A stretch of DNA of 59,489 bases, filler included, from Squatina squatina (taxonomy: Eukaryota), in NCBI GenBank assembly GCA_031763465.1. It is 3 parts of 3 records of this genome, joined end to end, with 100 filler letters (N's around TTAATTAATTAA, not from the genome) between each part and the next. Parts side by side here need not be neighbours in the genome. Positions count along the whole stretch, not along the records: positions 1 to 16,678 come from JARFOE010000004.1; positions 16,779 to 41,771 come from JARFOE010000016.1; 1 more part is not named here. One strand, written 5' to 3'. Below the pieces are notes generated by a model, which made no database searches, was not told where the DNA came from, and saw nothing but the letters and a program-made list of their open reading frames with translations. Made by a program: the position numbers and the translations under genes. Below, piece by piece: positions 11,827-22,476 of the stretch; positions within the stretch are counted from its first letter, which is position 1, and each line of letters starts with the position of its first letter.

Positions 11827-13704
11827 GTGAGCTGCTACTGCTGTTGCCGTGTATTTCATTTTTGAAGCAGTGAAATGTTTTAAAATTGGGCCAAAATCCT
11901 GAGGTGAGATTCCAGCCAGGGAATCACACCTGTGCATTAATTATCCTTACTATATTCAGCCTTTATAGACAATTGGGAATTGCCATCGTCCTAGTGAGGT
12001 GGAGGGATTTCACCTTCTCTGCAGAGATTTATGTTCGGGTGCTGAGCTGCCCCCATTCTGTTGATGAGGCCTCATTCTAAAAGCGTACCCGTAGATCTTT
12101 GTCATCCAGCAGCAGCAGCAATTTTGATTGTTTTGATGNNNNNNNNNNNNNNNNNNNNNNNNNNNNNNNNNNNNNNNNNNNNNNNNNNNNNNNNNNNNNN
12201 NNNNNNNNNNNNNNNNNNNNNNNNNNNNNNNNNNNNNNNNNNNNNNNNNNNNNNNNNNNNNNNNNNNNNNNNNNNNNNNNNNNNNNNNNNNNNNNNNNNN
12301 NNNNNNNNNNNNNNNNNNNNNNNNNNNNNNNNNNNNNNNNNNNNNNNNNNNNNNNNNNNNNNNNNNNNNNNNNNNNNNNNNNNNNNNNNNNNNNNNNNNN
12401 NNNNNNNNNNNNNNNNNNNNNNNNNNNNNNNNNNNNNNNNNNNNNNNNNNNNNNNNNNNNNNNNNNNNNNNNNNNNNNNNNNNNNNNNNNNNNNNNNNNN
12501 NNNNNNNNNNNNNNNNNNNNNNNNNNNNNNNNNNNNNNNNNNNNNNNNNNNNNNNNNNNNNNNNNNNNNNNNNNNNNNNNNNNNNNNNNNNNNNNNNNNN
12601 NNNNNNNNNNNNNNNNNNNNNNNNNNNNNNNNNNNNNNNNNNNNNNNNNNNNNNNNNNNNNNNNNNNNNNNNNNNNNNNNNNNNNNNNNNNNNNNNNNNN
12701 NNNNNNNNNNNNNNNNNNNNNNNNNNNNNNNNNNNNNNNNNNNNNNNNNNNNNNNNNNNNNNNNNNNNNNNNNNNNNNNNNNNNNNNNNNNNNNNNNNNN
12801 NNNNNNNNNNNNNNNNNNNNNNNNNNNNNNNNNNNNNNNNNNNNNNNNNNNNNNNNNNNNNNNNNNNNNNNNNNNNNNNNNNNNNNNNNNNNNNNNNNNN
12901 NNNNNNNNNNNNNNNNNNNNNNNNNNNNNNNNNNNNNNNNNNNNNNNNNNNNNNNNNNNNNNNNNNNNNNNNNNNNNNNNNNNNNNNNNNGAATTCTACA
13001 TCATTTGCCCAAGTGAAGGAGTGATGTGGTGGTCTTCGCTTCTGCCCCCTCCCCTTACCCAACACAAGCATTTTATTTGAAGGAGTTGATTTCTGCACTT
13101 TCCTCTCTTCCCTAGACAGCAGAGTAACAACTGGTAAATTTGCCTCCTGTGGGAAGCTGCATTGCAAATCCGAATCCTGACTGGTTTTGGATTTAGCCCC
13201 TGTAGCTGAGAGTGCCAGTACTCAAAGCATCACGTTGTTAGTCAACACTATTTTTAATAGATTTGTCGCACGATTAGTATTCTGCACTAAATATGTCCTA
13301 AAGAAACCAGCTAATTTGACTTAGCAATGCTTGTTCCTGTGATCAAAAGATTTTTAATTAACCAGAACATTTTCTGCATGAATAATGACAACAAAACTCC
13401 TATTCAGCAATAATCTGTAGTGTCAGTCCCATAAATTAGTCTCTGGAGACAAGCGGAAGAAGCTTGTTTTTCCTGTTAAATTTCTCTGTTCCCTGGCCCA
13501 CACTCTCCACTCCCATTGAATTTCATTCTCATCAAAATTTCATTCTCATCAAAGTGAAGATAATAGACCTGGTGCTCCACACATGCATTTGGGTTTTAAC
13601 ACTTACTTGAAAGCTTCTGGTGCCCTCTACAAGTAAATCGGCTGGTGTTTTTTCCCCTCACTCTGTATAGGTATCCATTAGTAAAATAACCAACCATGCA
13701 TTTA

Positions 13705-13910
13705 ATACGAAAGCAAAATATTGTGGATACTGGAAATCTGAAATAAAAACATAAAATTCTGGAAATATTTAGCAGGTCAGACAGCATCTGTGGAGAGAGA
13801 AACAGAATTAACGTTTCAGGTCGATGACCCTTCTCTCTCCACAGATGCTGCCTGACCTGCTGAGTTTTTCCAGCACTTTTTGTTTATATTCTAGATTCCA
13901 GCATCCGCAG
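13705..13910. repeat. Fold-back (inverted pair) of Penelope-like terminal repeat
   Basis: Left arm ~13718-13800 (gtggatactggaaatct...gcaggtcagacagcatctgtggagagaga) pairs with right arm 13831-13910 (tctctctccacagatgctgcctgacctgc...agattccagcatccgc). Confidence 0.8.
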
Positions 13911-16722
13911 NNNNNNNNNNNNNNNNNNNNNNNNNNNNNNNNNNNNNNNNNNNNNNNNNNNNNNNNNNNNNNNNNNNNNNNNNNNNNNNNNNNNNNNNNN
14001 NNNNNNNNNNGCATTATATGCTAGCAATGACTGATTAACCTGTCTCTTGGTATGAATAAGGTATTGGGGAATTGCACAAGGAGAAAAAAAAGGGTGTGAT
14101 ACATTCTGATGGCAATTAGATGGTCAGAACAGATTTAATGGTATCATTAAACTTTAGTGGTTGAGTAGAAAGCCACTATAGTATCTCATGCCTGAAATCC
14201 GCTGAAGAGATGGGCCATTGTTCAACAGAGCATAACATAACGGTTCAAAGTCTAATAAATAATTCACAGCTGTCTATGCATTATAAGTATAGAGAGTTAT
14301 CTGCCTTGCATAATCCCTATCCTGTTCATTTGCTGAATTGCTGTATTCATACTGATTCAATTCAACAAGATGCATGACTCGCAGGAATAGTTCACCAAAG
14401 AGCAGTCCATCATGTTTATCTGGTAAATAGAAAATTGGTCAGAAAAGTGGTTATGTTTCCAATTCATTTCAGCATAATAAGAATAAATGTTTTTGGTATT
14501 TAAGTTACATATTTGTAGTCTTAAGATTAAGAATATATGGACGTAATTTCTCCAGCATTATCCTTGGCTACATATGTCACAGCCAACTGTTGTGAGAGTG
14601 GTAATTTTCAAGCGACAACACCACAAGGCACAATTTAGGAAGAAATTTAATGGGAGCATGCAAACCTGTCACAGCTGTATGCATTATATGGAGTAAGAGT
14701 CTTAACCTAGGCAATTGAGATGTGGTCATATGCAGCAAGCCTGGCAGTTGTCACTTTTGCTTTTGTTTCACCAAAATCGTACAAGTGGTTATATAAGAGA
14801 TGATAGATTAGATTTTCCTCCAGGAATCCATCCATTTTCAGGTGCTTTCTGAGGAAAATGGGAGAGTAAGAGTCTTCTATTTTAATCCAACCCTACTCTC
14901 TCTCCCAACCTCTCAAAGTACCTGTTATTTTGCAGTAGGCTTATTTAGTTTCAGTTAAACCTTTTGGGGGTGAAATTCCCCTAGAGGGCCGTTTGGGGCA
15001 AGAACTAAAAAATGTTTGGAAAGTTAGCGCCAGGCACTAAGCTTTTCAAACATTAGTGAAACTCCATTTTTTTTCCCCAAGAGGGAAATGGAGCGCTAAA
15101 TCAAGTGCTGGGAATGTCCCAATCCGGGGCGAAGAGCTGTCACGTTGGAGGGGCTCCTCCCTCAATTAAAGGGAATGGCTCCCTGCTGCGAGCTCTGAAG
15201 TGCTTATATGAGTTGCTGTAGCACCGGGGAGCGGGAGTGCCTGCAACCGGTGCGAAGAAATGAGGTGAAAAATAATCGGCAGTTTTTTCTGGCTGGCTGC
15301 GCCTTTAAGTTGCCACGAGCAGCCGGCCTCAGTGTTCGCAACCCCTGCAGCAGTCAGTGACATCGACAGGCGCTGCTGCAGGACTCAGCAGCAAATTTTT
15401 ATNNNNNNNNNNNNNNNNNNNNNNNNNNNNNNNNNNNNNNNNNNNNNNNNNNNNNNNNNNNNNNNNNNNNNNNNNNNNNNNNNNNNNNNNNNNNNNNNNN
15501 NNGCAAACACGAATTATCCATTTCTTTATGATGGCCCTAGTCTGTCTTCTCGTGTAATTGACTGCTGGTCAGCTTAGTAAGTTTATTTTAGTTTTTAGTG
15601 ATAGACTAGAACCAATCATTGCCATTTTTCACTCATTCCCTAATGTTTAATGGTCGGAATAGATCTTCATGAATTGGAACATATAGTTTGCTGCACGTAA
15701 ACTTACAAATTGATCTGGTTTTGTCCTAAGGGCAAGGTTACTTAATGTTTGAAAGATCAAAGGCTCAGACAGGCAATTGAAGTGTGTAAGGTGAGCATTG
15801 CTTAGATAACTCAAGTATTTCATTTGAAGTCTAAGCTTTGTGGAAATTTAATGCAGCTTTAACCCATTTTGGAACTTGGATGTGTTTCATGAATATACTT
15901 GCTGTAAATGGATTTATAAATATTCATAGTGCTTTAAAATTACTGACTTGGGTTACTAAAGTCTTGTTTTTAAATGGTAATCCTGCATGCCCTTAAAGTA
16001 CATTCTGGTTCACTCCTTCGTACTTTTATTCAATTCCATGCTTTGAGCAACATTTTCTTTTTTGACAATCAATTATTATACCTTGTACATGTTCAGTACC
16101 TACTGCATAATGCATAGACTTTTAATTTGAACAGTTGTCAGAACTAAGGATTGGGCATTAGATTCTGAGGAAAGTGCAGAAAAACCTGTGTCGAAATAAA
16201 TTTGAATCGAAGGATGTGATTTCATTTAGTTAATCTTCTGGTAAGTGCCTTCACCTGACATAGTAATCAACTACTATTTTTAAAACTCACTTTAAAAAAA
16301 AAAACTTCCTAGGCTGAGATTCATCGCAGAAAGTTCCATCCTTTTCTTCTACTGGTTATCCTATATTATCATATATTATGGAATTCTGTTGAGTGAGTAG
16401 GGTGCTCTGTTTTTCAGTATTGACTCTAAATATATTGGGCCGGATCTTGCTGGATTGGGCATCTTGCAGTGTGTGCCATTGGACTTTTTCCTGCACTCTT
16501 TTGAAAAACTTTTGCGCTGTAACTTGCTGGATGTGTGAGCTGATAGGACATGAGGGCATCTGGGACCTTAGTGAACAACAGGACCAACAGTCTGTCTCCT
16601 TAAACAATTAGATTAAAGGATTGAAAAAGAAACAGGAACAAAGGAGAGGGAAATAGGGTGAATTATAGTCAAATCAGGNNNNNNNNNNNNNNNNNNNNNN
16701 NNNNNNNNNNNNNNNNNNNNNN

Positions 16723-16734
16723 TTAATTAATTAA
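16723..16734. other. Artificial scaffolding spacer TTAATTAATTAA (stop codons in all six frames)
   Basis: Palindromic 12-mer flanked by exactly 44 N on each side (100 nt in total). Confidence 0.93.
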
Positions 16735-17069
16735 NNNNNNNNNNNNNNNNNNNNNNNNNNNNNNNNNNNNNNNNNNNNCTGCGGCAACATCAGTGCCCTG
16801 GTCTCGCGGGGGGGTGAAGCCTGCCAGAGTCCATGTTCCTGATTGCAATCCGGCTGGAATGTGGACATGTATGGAGGTCAGATGAAGGCAGGGTGTGATC
16901 ATTTTCATAGTTGAATAGCCTGGGGTCACACATTAAGAATGGTCACTTGGGTGAGACACTGACAGACAGCTAGTGCCCTTGAAATCCTACTCCAGCATGA
17001 TTCAGCACCTTGAAGAAAAATTGGGGGGGAAAATATGTCCAATAATGGTTTCTATTTTAATATCACCAG

Positions 17070-17111
17070 GTTCCGAATCCTATCACATCTATGGAGATCT
17101 CAGTGAAACGG
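17070..17111 (+). CDS. SEMA3G: Class-3 semaphorin (SEMA3G-like) 42-nt exon, end of sema domain
   Basis: accag|VPNPITSMEISVKR|gtgagt; the MEISVKR signature matches SEMA3G. Confidence 0.85.
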
Positions 17112-17132
17112 GTGAGTACCTCCATTCCATGA

Positions 17133-17432
<300 letters not shown>

Positions 17433-17903
17433 TAACGTGCATGTATTTGAAGGGGTTCGGAGGGTTGGAATTCATTAGTGAGTTAATGGGTGGGGCTAGT
17501 GAATAAGTCTGTGTCTGTGTTCAAACGCGGTGAACGAGTTTATTAATGTGCTGGTATGCAAGGTGGTGAGGACTGTGTGCGCACGTGCACACTCATTTTC
17601 TATATCTCGGGAACGAATGGGTATGGCATAAACGCCATGCACCCGGAGAGGAGACCACCGGTGTCGATTCGCCGCCGCCTGCGACCTGCACGCTGCACCC
17701 ACGCGGGCAAAGCCAAGCCGCGCAAGCTCGCCGCCGGTAGGTTCCGACCCTCGGCGGCTGTCACAGTCCGCTAGAGGTAACCGATGTGCATGGGGGCCGC
17801 ACTNNNNNNNNNNNNNNNNNNNNNNNNNNNNNNNNNNNNNNNNNNNNNNNNNNNNNNNNNNNNNNNNNNNNNNNNNNNNNNNNNNNNNNNNNNNNNNNNN
17901 NNN

Positions 17904-18066
17904 CAACTTGTCTAAATCGCCTTGAAGCCTCTTTGCATCCTCCTCACAACTCACATTCCCACCTAGTTTTGTGTCGTCAGTAAACTTGGAAATATTACAT
18001 TTGGTTCCATCATCCAAATCATTGCTCTAGTTTGTGAATAGCTGTGGCAACAAGCACTGATCCCAT
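17904..18066 (-). mobile_element. CR1-type LINE fragment, RT domain
   Basis: DDGTKCNISKFTDDTKLGGNVSCEEDAKRLQGDLDKL (KFADDTKL motif). Confidence 0.85.
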
Positions 18067-18619
18067 GGAGCATGTTTTCCTTGGACTTGTTATTCAGCTC
18101 AAATTTGTCAACTACCGTGCAGAAGGGACGGGAGGGAGAGGGGAGTGGGGGCCCCTCATTATTACAAGCTGATATGTTGAGATTGTGACATTCCTACTTA
18201 GAAGTCTCTTCCACAAGGTGGAACAGTAGTTAAGCTCAGCAACATGACCAGACAAGAGGGAGAAATCGACAGCTCTCCCTAGACTTCCCAAAGTATTGCA
18301 TTGAAAAACAAAATGAGAAGAAGCGTGCGCGCGATCCGGGGAGTGGTCGGGGTGCTGCATCCTGCGATAGGATATTTCTCAAGATCACACACAGATTATG
18401 AAACCCCAGTAAAAAGGTTGACGTGATTGATATCTAATGGGCCTGCGCTGTGGGGATTCAGTTTCTGGTTGTCAGTTCACAGCCCTACATGACTTCCCTT
18501 CCGGTATCAGCTGATTGATGAAGTGTAAAGCAAAATGTTGTGGAAGTATTCTCTCTCCGAGGGAATGAGAAAAGGTTAACCTTGTTTTTTGTGGAGGGGG
18601 GGGGGAAGATTAGCAAAGT

Positions 18620-19320
18620 AGATGGGGCGTGCAGCACATGAATTACAAAAAGGATTTGACGATGTGTCTCTTAGTGGTTGTGATGCCAATGGCATCAAAG
18701 TAAAATATTGTGTGTGGAGGAAAAAGATGGTTAACAGCCTTGAGATAGGTAAGTGGACTGGCAGGATAGTGGGGCGCCTGAGGGATAAGTGTTGGGACAA
18801 CTTTTGTTCTATTATATTAATATAACTATCTGGACTTTTGTCATATATCGATAGTATGTCAAAGTATGCTTCCAAATTGGGTATCAAAACTGTCTAAGAA
18901 TGGAGGAATACGTGAATGGGCCGATAACTAGCTGATGTATTTAGTACAAAAATGGTTGCACATTTTGTGAATGGGAAAATACCCTTAAATTGTATTTTGA
19001 GGGAGCAGCGGAATTCAAGTTTGCAGATGCATATATCTGGATACGGTTTTCTTTTTTAAAAGGCATTAAGAAAGCAAATAGGATTTTGGGGAGAATATTG
19101 AGAGATTGAGCATACAAGCAACAAAACCATGGTTAGACCATATCGGAAATACTGAGAGTTTTGGGCTCCTATTCATTAGAAAGGCCTGGAAACAGAGCAG
19201 TGCAGATTTACTAAGGATGACAAGTGGGGGATAAGAAAGAGCAGAGCGACTAGGGCTATGTTCCCTCAAATTGTGAAGACTGAAATGAGGTATGTGAAAT
19301 GATCTAAAAAAGGCATGCGA
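18620..19320 (+). mobile_element. Old, degenerate CR1-type LINE RT fragment
   Basis: Eroded equivalents of the FQKAFD, QGSVLG and INDLD motifs in order; many stops. Confidence 0.5.
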
Positions 19321-19871
19321 GGTCAATCACAGACGAGCTGCAGTGATCTCAAAGCAAAACCGAGATATGTAAGGAGGGAGTTTCAGANNNNNNNNNNNNN
19401 NNNNNNNNNNNNNNNNNNNNNNNNNNNNNNNNNNNNNNNNNNNNNNNNNNNNNNNNNNNNNNNNNNNNNNNNNNNNNNNNNNNNNNNTTTCGTAAAACAT
19501 ACCTTGACAGAGTTGGAAAGAGGGAGAGACTCTCCTAAGGCACTAGATGCATCTATCATGAAGCCCAAAGGGACAGAACAAGCCTCCCAAGACCTAGGAG
19601 ATTGCTGGCAATCCTAACAAGCCCTAGTACTTATTATTGCTATCCATAGCCTTGAATATAAGAAGTAATTCCTACACACTAGAACATAAAGTGATGGTTG
19701 TTAGTGTCATAGTGGTTTCAATAGTGAGAGAAGTGTCCTTTCACTCAGTGGTTCATGTAAACGTTGTGCAGAGAAGGTTGGTGCAAGACACGCCTACTGG
19801 GCATCACCTCAGTCCTTGCCATCGCTCCCAGGATTGTTTCATCAATTGTTTTCCTTTCCTTTTCCTCAAGA

Positions 19872-20141
19872 TCACTGCACAACGGCGCTGCGGGGAGCCC
19901 TTTCAGCGCGCGGCAGGTCATGCGTTCGGCGGTTCCGCCCCTTCCTGATCTCCTGCAGGTGCTTCCACTTAGTCTGCAGGTTGCGGGCCGACGTCCGCTT
20001 GTGCTTGGGCTGCTTGTTCCTCCGCCTCCACACCTGCGCGCAGATCTCGTCCACCGTCTTCAGGCTGGGGTGGTCGACGAGCTGCAGGAAGTCGCGGTAC
20101 CACACCTTCTGGTTGGGAAAGGTCCCCGGCGGCTCCTTGCG
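19872..20141 (-). CDS. SEMA3B: Class-3 semaphorin last exon, basic C-terminal tail (SEMA3B-like); 5' end lost in gap
   Basis: KVWYRDFLQLVDHP...KWKHLQEIRKGRNRRTHDLPRAERAPRSAVVQ*. WYRDFLQLV and PRAERxPRSA favour SEMA3B over SEMA3A; the KGRNRR basic/furin motif is present. Confidence 0.8.
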   Translation of the reverse strand, partial: RKEPPGTFPNQKVWYRDFLQLVDHPSLKTVDEICAQVWRRRNKQPKHKRTSARNLQTKWKHLQEIRKGRNRRTHDLPRAERAPRSAVVQ

Positions 20142-21267
20142 NNNNNNNNNNNNNNNNNNNNNNNNNNNNNNNNNNNNNNNNNNNNNNNNNNNNNNNNNNN
20201 NNNNNNNNNNNNNNNNNNNNNNNNNNNNNNNNNNNNNNNNNCTCCTTATGTGGCTTAGTGTCAAATTTTGTTTGAGAATGCTCCTGTGAAGCGCATTTTA
20301 AACATCAGCATTTTCAAAAAAACATTTCCTTGAATTTTTCCCGAAGTACACCGTAATTAAAGAATAGAAACACTGACTTTATGGCGTGGGAGTTTCCAGA
20401 GAGAATCCATTCAAATGACAGAGCAAAGAATAACAAACAGAGGTGCCTCTCACTGCATAAGTCAACCAGCTCTTCAGTTAACACCCATCTCCGCCTTCCC
20501 CCCACCCCATCCCACCATGAAAGAACATGATATGCATTGTTTACGGTGGATCATTTTCAATGGTGAATATGTGCTAAAAGCTTGAAATCAATACTAAACT
20601 GCTGGATATCCTGGCCTGTGCTCTCCAAAGACAGGAAAGCTAAAGACATCAAAGAAGGGAGGTGAAATGCCATATCAGTGAGGATGAATTCCCGTCTCTT
20701 ACAATCGAGCCCTTAAGTGCTCAGTTGCGTTATTTCGATATACCTGGTCCTCCAGACTGCACTTTGATGTCAAGTATGTAGATGGAGCGGAGAGAGAAAG
20801 AAACGCAAGATTTTTTTGAAGAGCAGAAAAGGCCATTTGGTTCAACAAGTCCATAATGCTTTACTGATTGCAATCCCACCTTCTCGCCATATCTGTCAAT
20901 CCCTTCTCTCTTCACGACTGCTTCTGACTGACTCTTAAATCTACTTGTAATGTTCCATTTAGAGAGTCCATTCCCTTCACTCACAAAAGTAAAGAGCGGG
21001 GGTGGGGAAAAAACAGATTCCAAATGCGAGCGATGGGTGGCACAAGGGGCACAGAATATTGGCCCCTTGTTGTGCCAATGCAATGATAAGAAGGAAGAGG
21101 CATGTCCACCATGGTCTGCATCCCGAGCTTCCAATCTCAACTGTGGTGACATGGAGAGGCAACAAGCAGAAGTCAGAAAGAGTCCCTTCACAAGCACCAA
21201 ATAACAAATTGCAAGAAACAAGACAGGAGGTTCTTGAGCTAACTCCTAGCAACCAGCTATAAAGCAG

Positions 21268-21441
21268 TAATACAAAAGCAAAATACTGCAGATGCTGGAA
21301 TCTAGAATACAAACAAAAATTGCTGGAAAAACTCAGCAGGAAGAGAAAAACAGTCAACGTTTCAGGTCGATGACCCTTCGTCAGAACTGAAAAAGCCAGA
21401 AATACAGCAAGTTTTAAAGCACTGACAGGCAAAGGGGTGGG
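21268..21441 (-). mobile_element. Penelope-like terminal repeat fragment
   Basis: Similar to 54683-54850 (gatgctggaa...actcagcagg...aacgtttcaggtcgatgacccttc). Confidence 0.72.
21351..21389 (-). ncRNA. Minimal type-I hammerhead ribozyme motif in a Penelope-like terminal repeat
   Basis: Minus strand reads CAGUU-CUGACGA-A-GGGUC(AUC)GACCU-GAAA-CG-UU-GACUG: both core boxes, helix I CAGUU/GACUG, a 5-bp helix II and a palindromic ACGU helix III. Confidence 0.7.
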
Positions 21442-21541
21442 NNNNNNNNNNNNNNNNNNNNNNNNNNNNNNNNNNNNNNNNNNNNNNNNNNNNNNNNNNN
21501 NNNNNNNNNNNNNNNNNNNNNNNNNNNNNNNNNNNNNNNNN

Positions 21542-21617
21542 GTACTTCATTGGCTATAAAGTGCTTTGAGATGTCCGGTGGTCGTGAAAGGCACTATATA
21601 AATCCAAGTCTTTCTTT
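21542..21617 (+). repeat. Deu-SINE 3' tail
   Basis: gtacttcattggctataaagtgctttgagatgtccggtggtcgtgaaaggcactatataaat; further tails at ~22925-22975, ~32098-32207 and ~46780-46867 (all minus strand). Confidence 0.7.
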
Positions 21618-22229
21618 CTATAAATACAAGTTGTTATTTGTTACTTTATAAATCCGCTTTGCCGAAAATGTAAGAGTCACAGTCCCTGAGTTGCCATTAG
21701 AGGATGATTGACGCTTATTGGAGATAAAAGATGATAGATAGGACAAGCAGGAGTTCTGCATTATTGTGCAAGGCCGAGAAAACAGTCTCTCCCCCAGGCC
21801 TTTGCGGTGGGTGTGTGATACNNNNNNNNNNTTGGAAACATCTTGAGAGGTCAGGCGTTTTAACGAGATCATTCCCCGACATACCTTAGAGACAGGTAGA
21901 GGGGGGCAAGAAATGCACTGGCCCACCTTCCTCGCACGGAGTCTGCAAACCAGTTCCAGCTGTGATGTGATAGCTGATGATCGATGGTGTCTAAGTGGTA
22001 TTTTATAGTCAAACACTCAACATAATCACAAACTCCACAGCAGGCTGTGTCCCAGATCAAAGGTGAGAATGGACAGATAATGGAATGTCTTAAGTCAACA
22101 GTAAACAATGAGAAGTCTAAAATGTACAGNNNNNNNNNNNNNNNNNNNNNNNNNNNNNNNNNNNNNNNNNNNNNNNNNNNNNNNNNNNNNNNNNNNNNNN
22201 NNNNNNNNNNNNNNNNNNNNNNNNNNNNN

Positions 22230-22310
22230 CAAAAGCCTTGCTAAAATCCATATAGACTACATCAAACGCACTACCCTCACTGACCCTCCTTGTTACCTCC
22301 TCAAATATTA
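22230..22310 (-). mobile_element. CR1-type LINE RT fragment
   Basis: FEEVTRRVSEGSAFDVVYMDFSKAF. Confidence 0.8.
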
Positions 22311-22476
22311 ACCAGGACTCCAGGGAGATCTCCCCTGCTCCTTTTTGAATAGTGCCATGGGATCTTTTACGTCCACCTGAGCGGGCAGACATCTTGTCCA
22401 AAAGCCGGTACCTTAACAGTGCAGCGCACTCAGTATTACACTGGTGTGCCAGCTTAAAATATGTGCTCAAGTCTCT
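22311..22476 (-). mobile_element. Deu-domain SINE 5' half
   Basis: ccctgctcctttttgaatagtgccatgggatcttttacgtccacctgag...gtgctcaagtctctggag. Confidence 0.7.

Noticed and set aside
12010-13167. Long ORFs (300-385 aa) in the track, likewise at 34849-35518 and 51394-52107
   Set aside because: They consist mostly of X from N gaps; only the FANCD2 exon inside 34928-35518 is real.
16723-16734. TTAATTAATTAA as a homeodomain site, PacI site or piggyBac TTAA footprint
   Set aside because: It is embedded symmetrically in 44+44 N at two places, so it is a scaffolding linker.
20730-21432. Cluster of 85-163 aa ORFs on both strands
   Set aside because: No recognisable domains or splice structure; partly overlaps repeat sequence.
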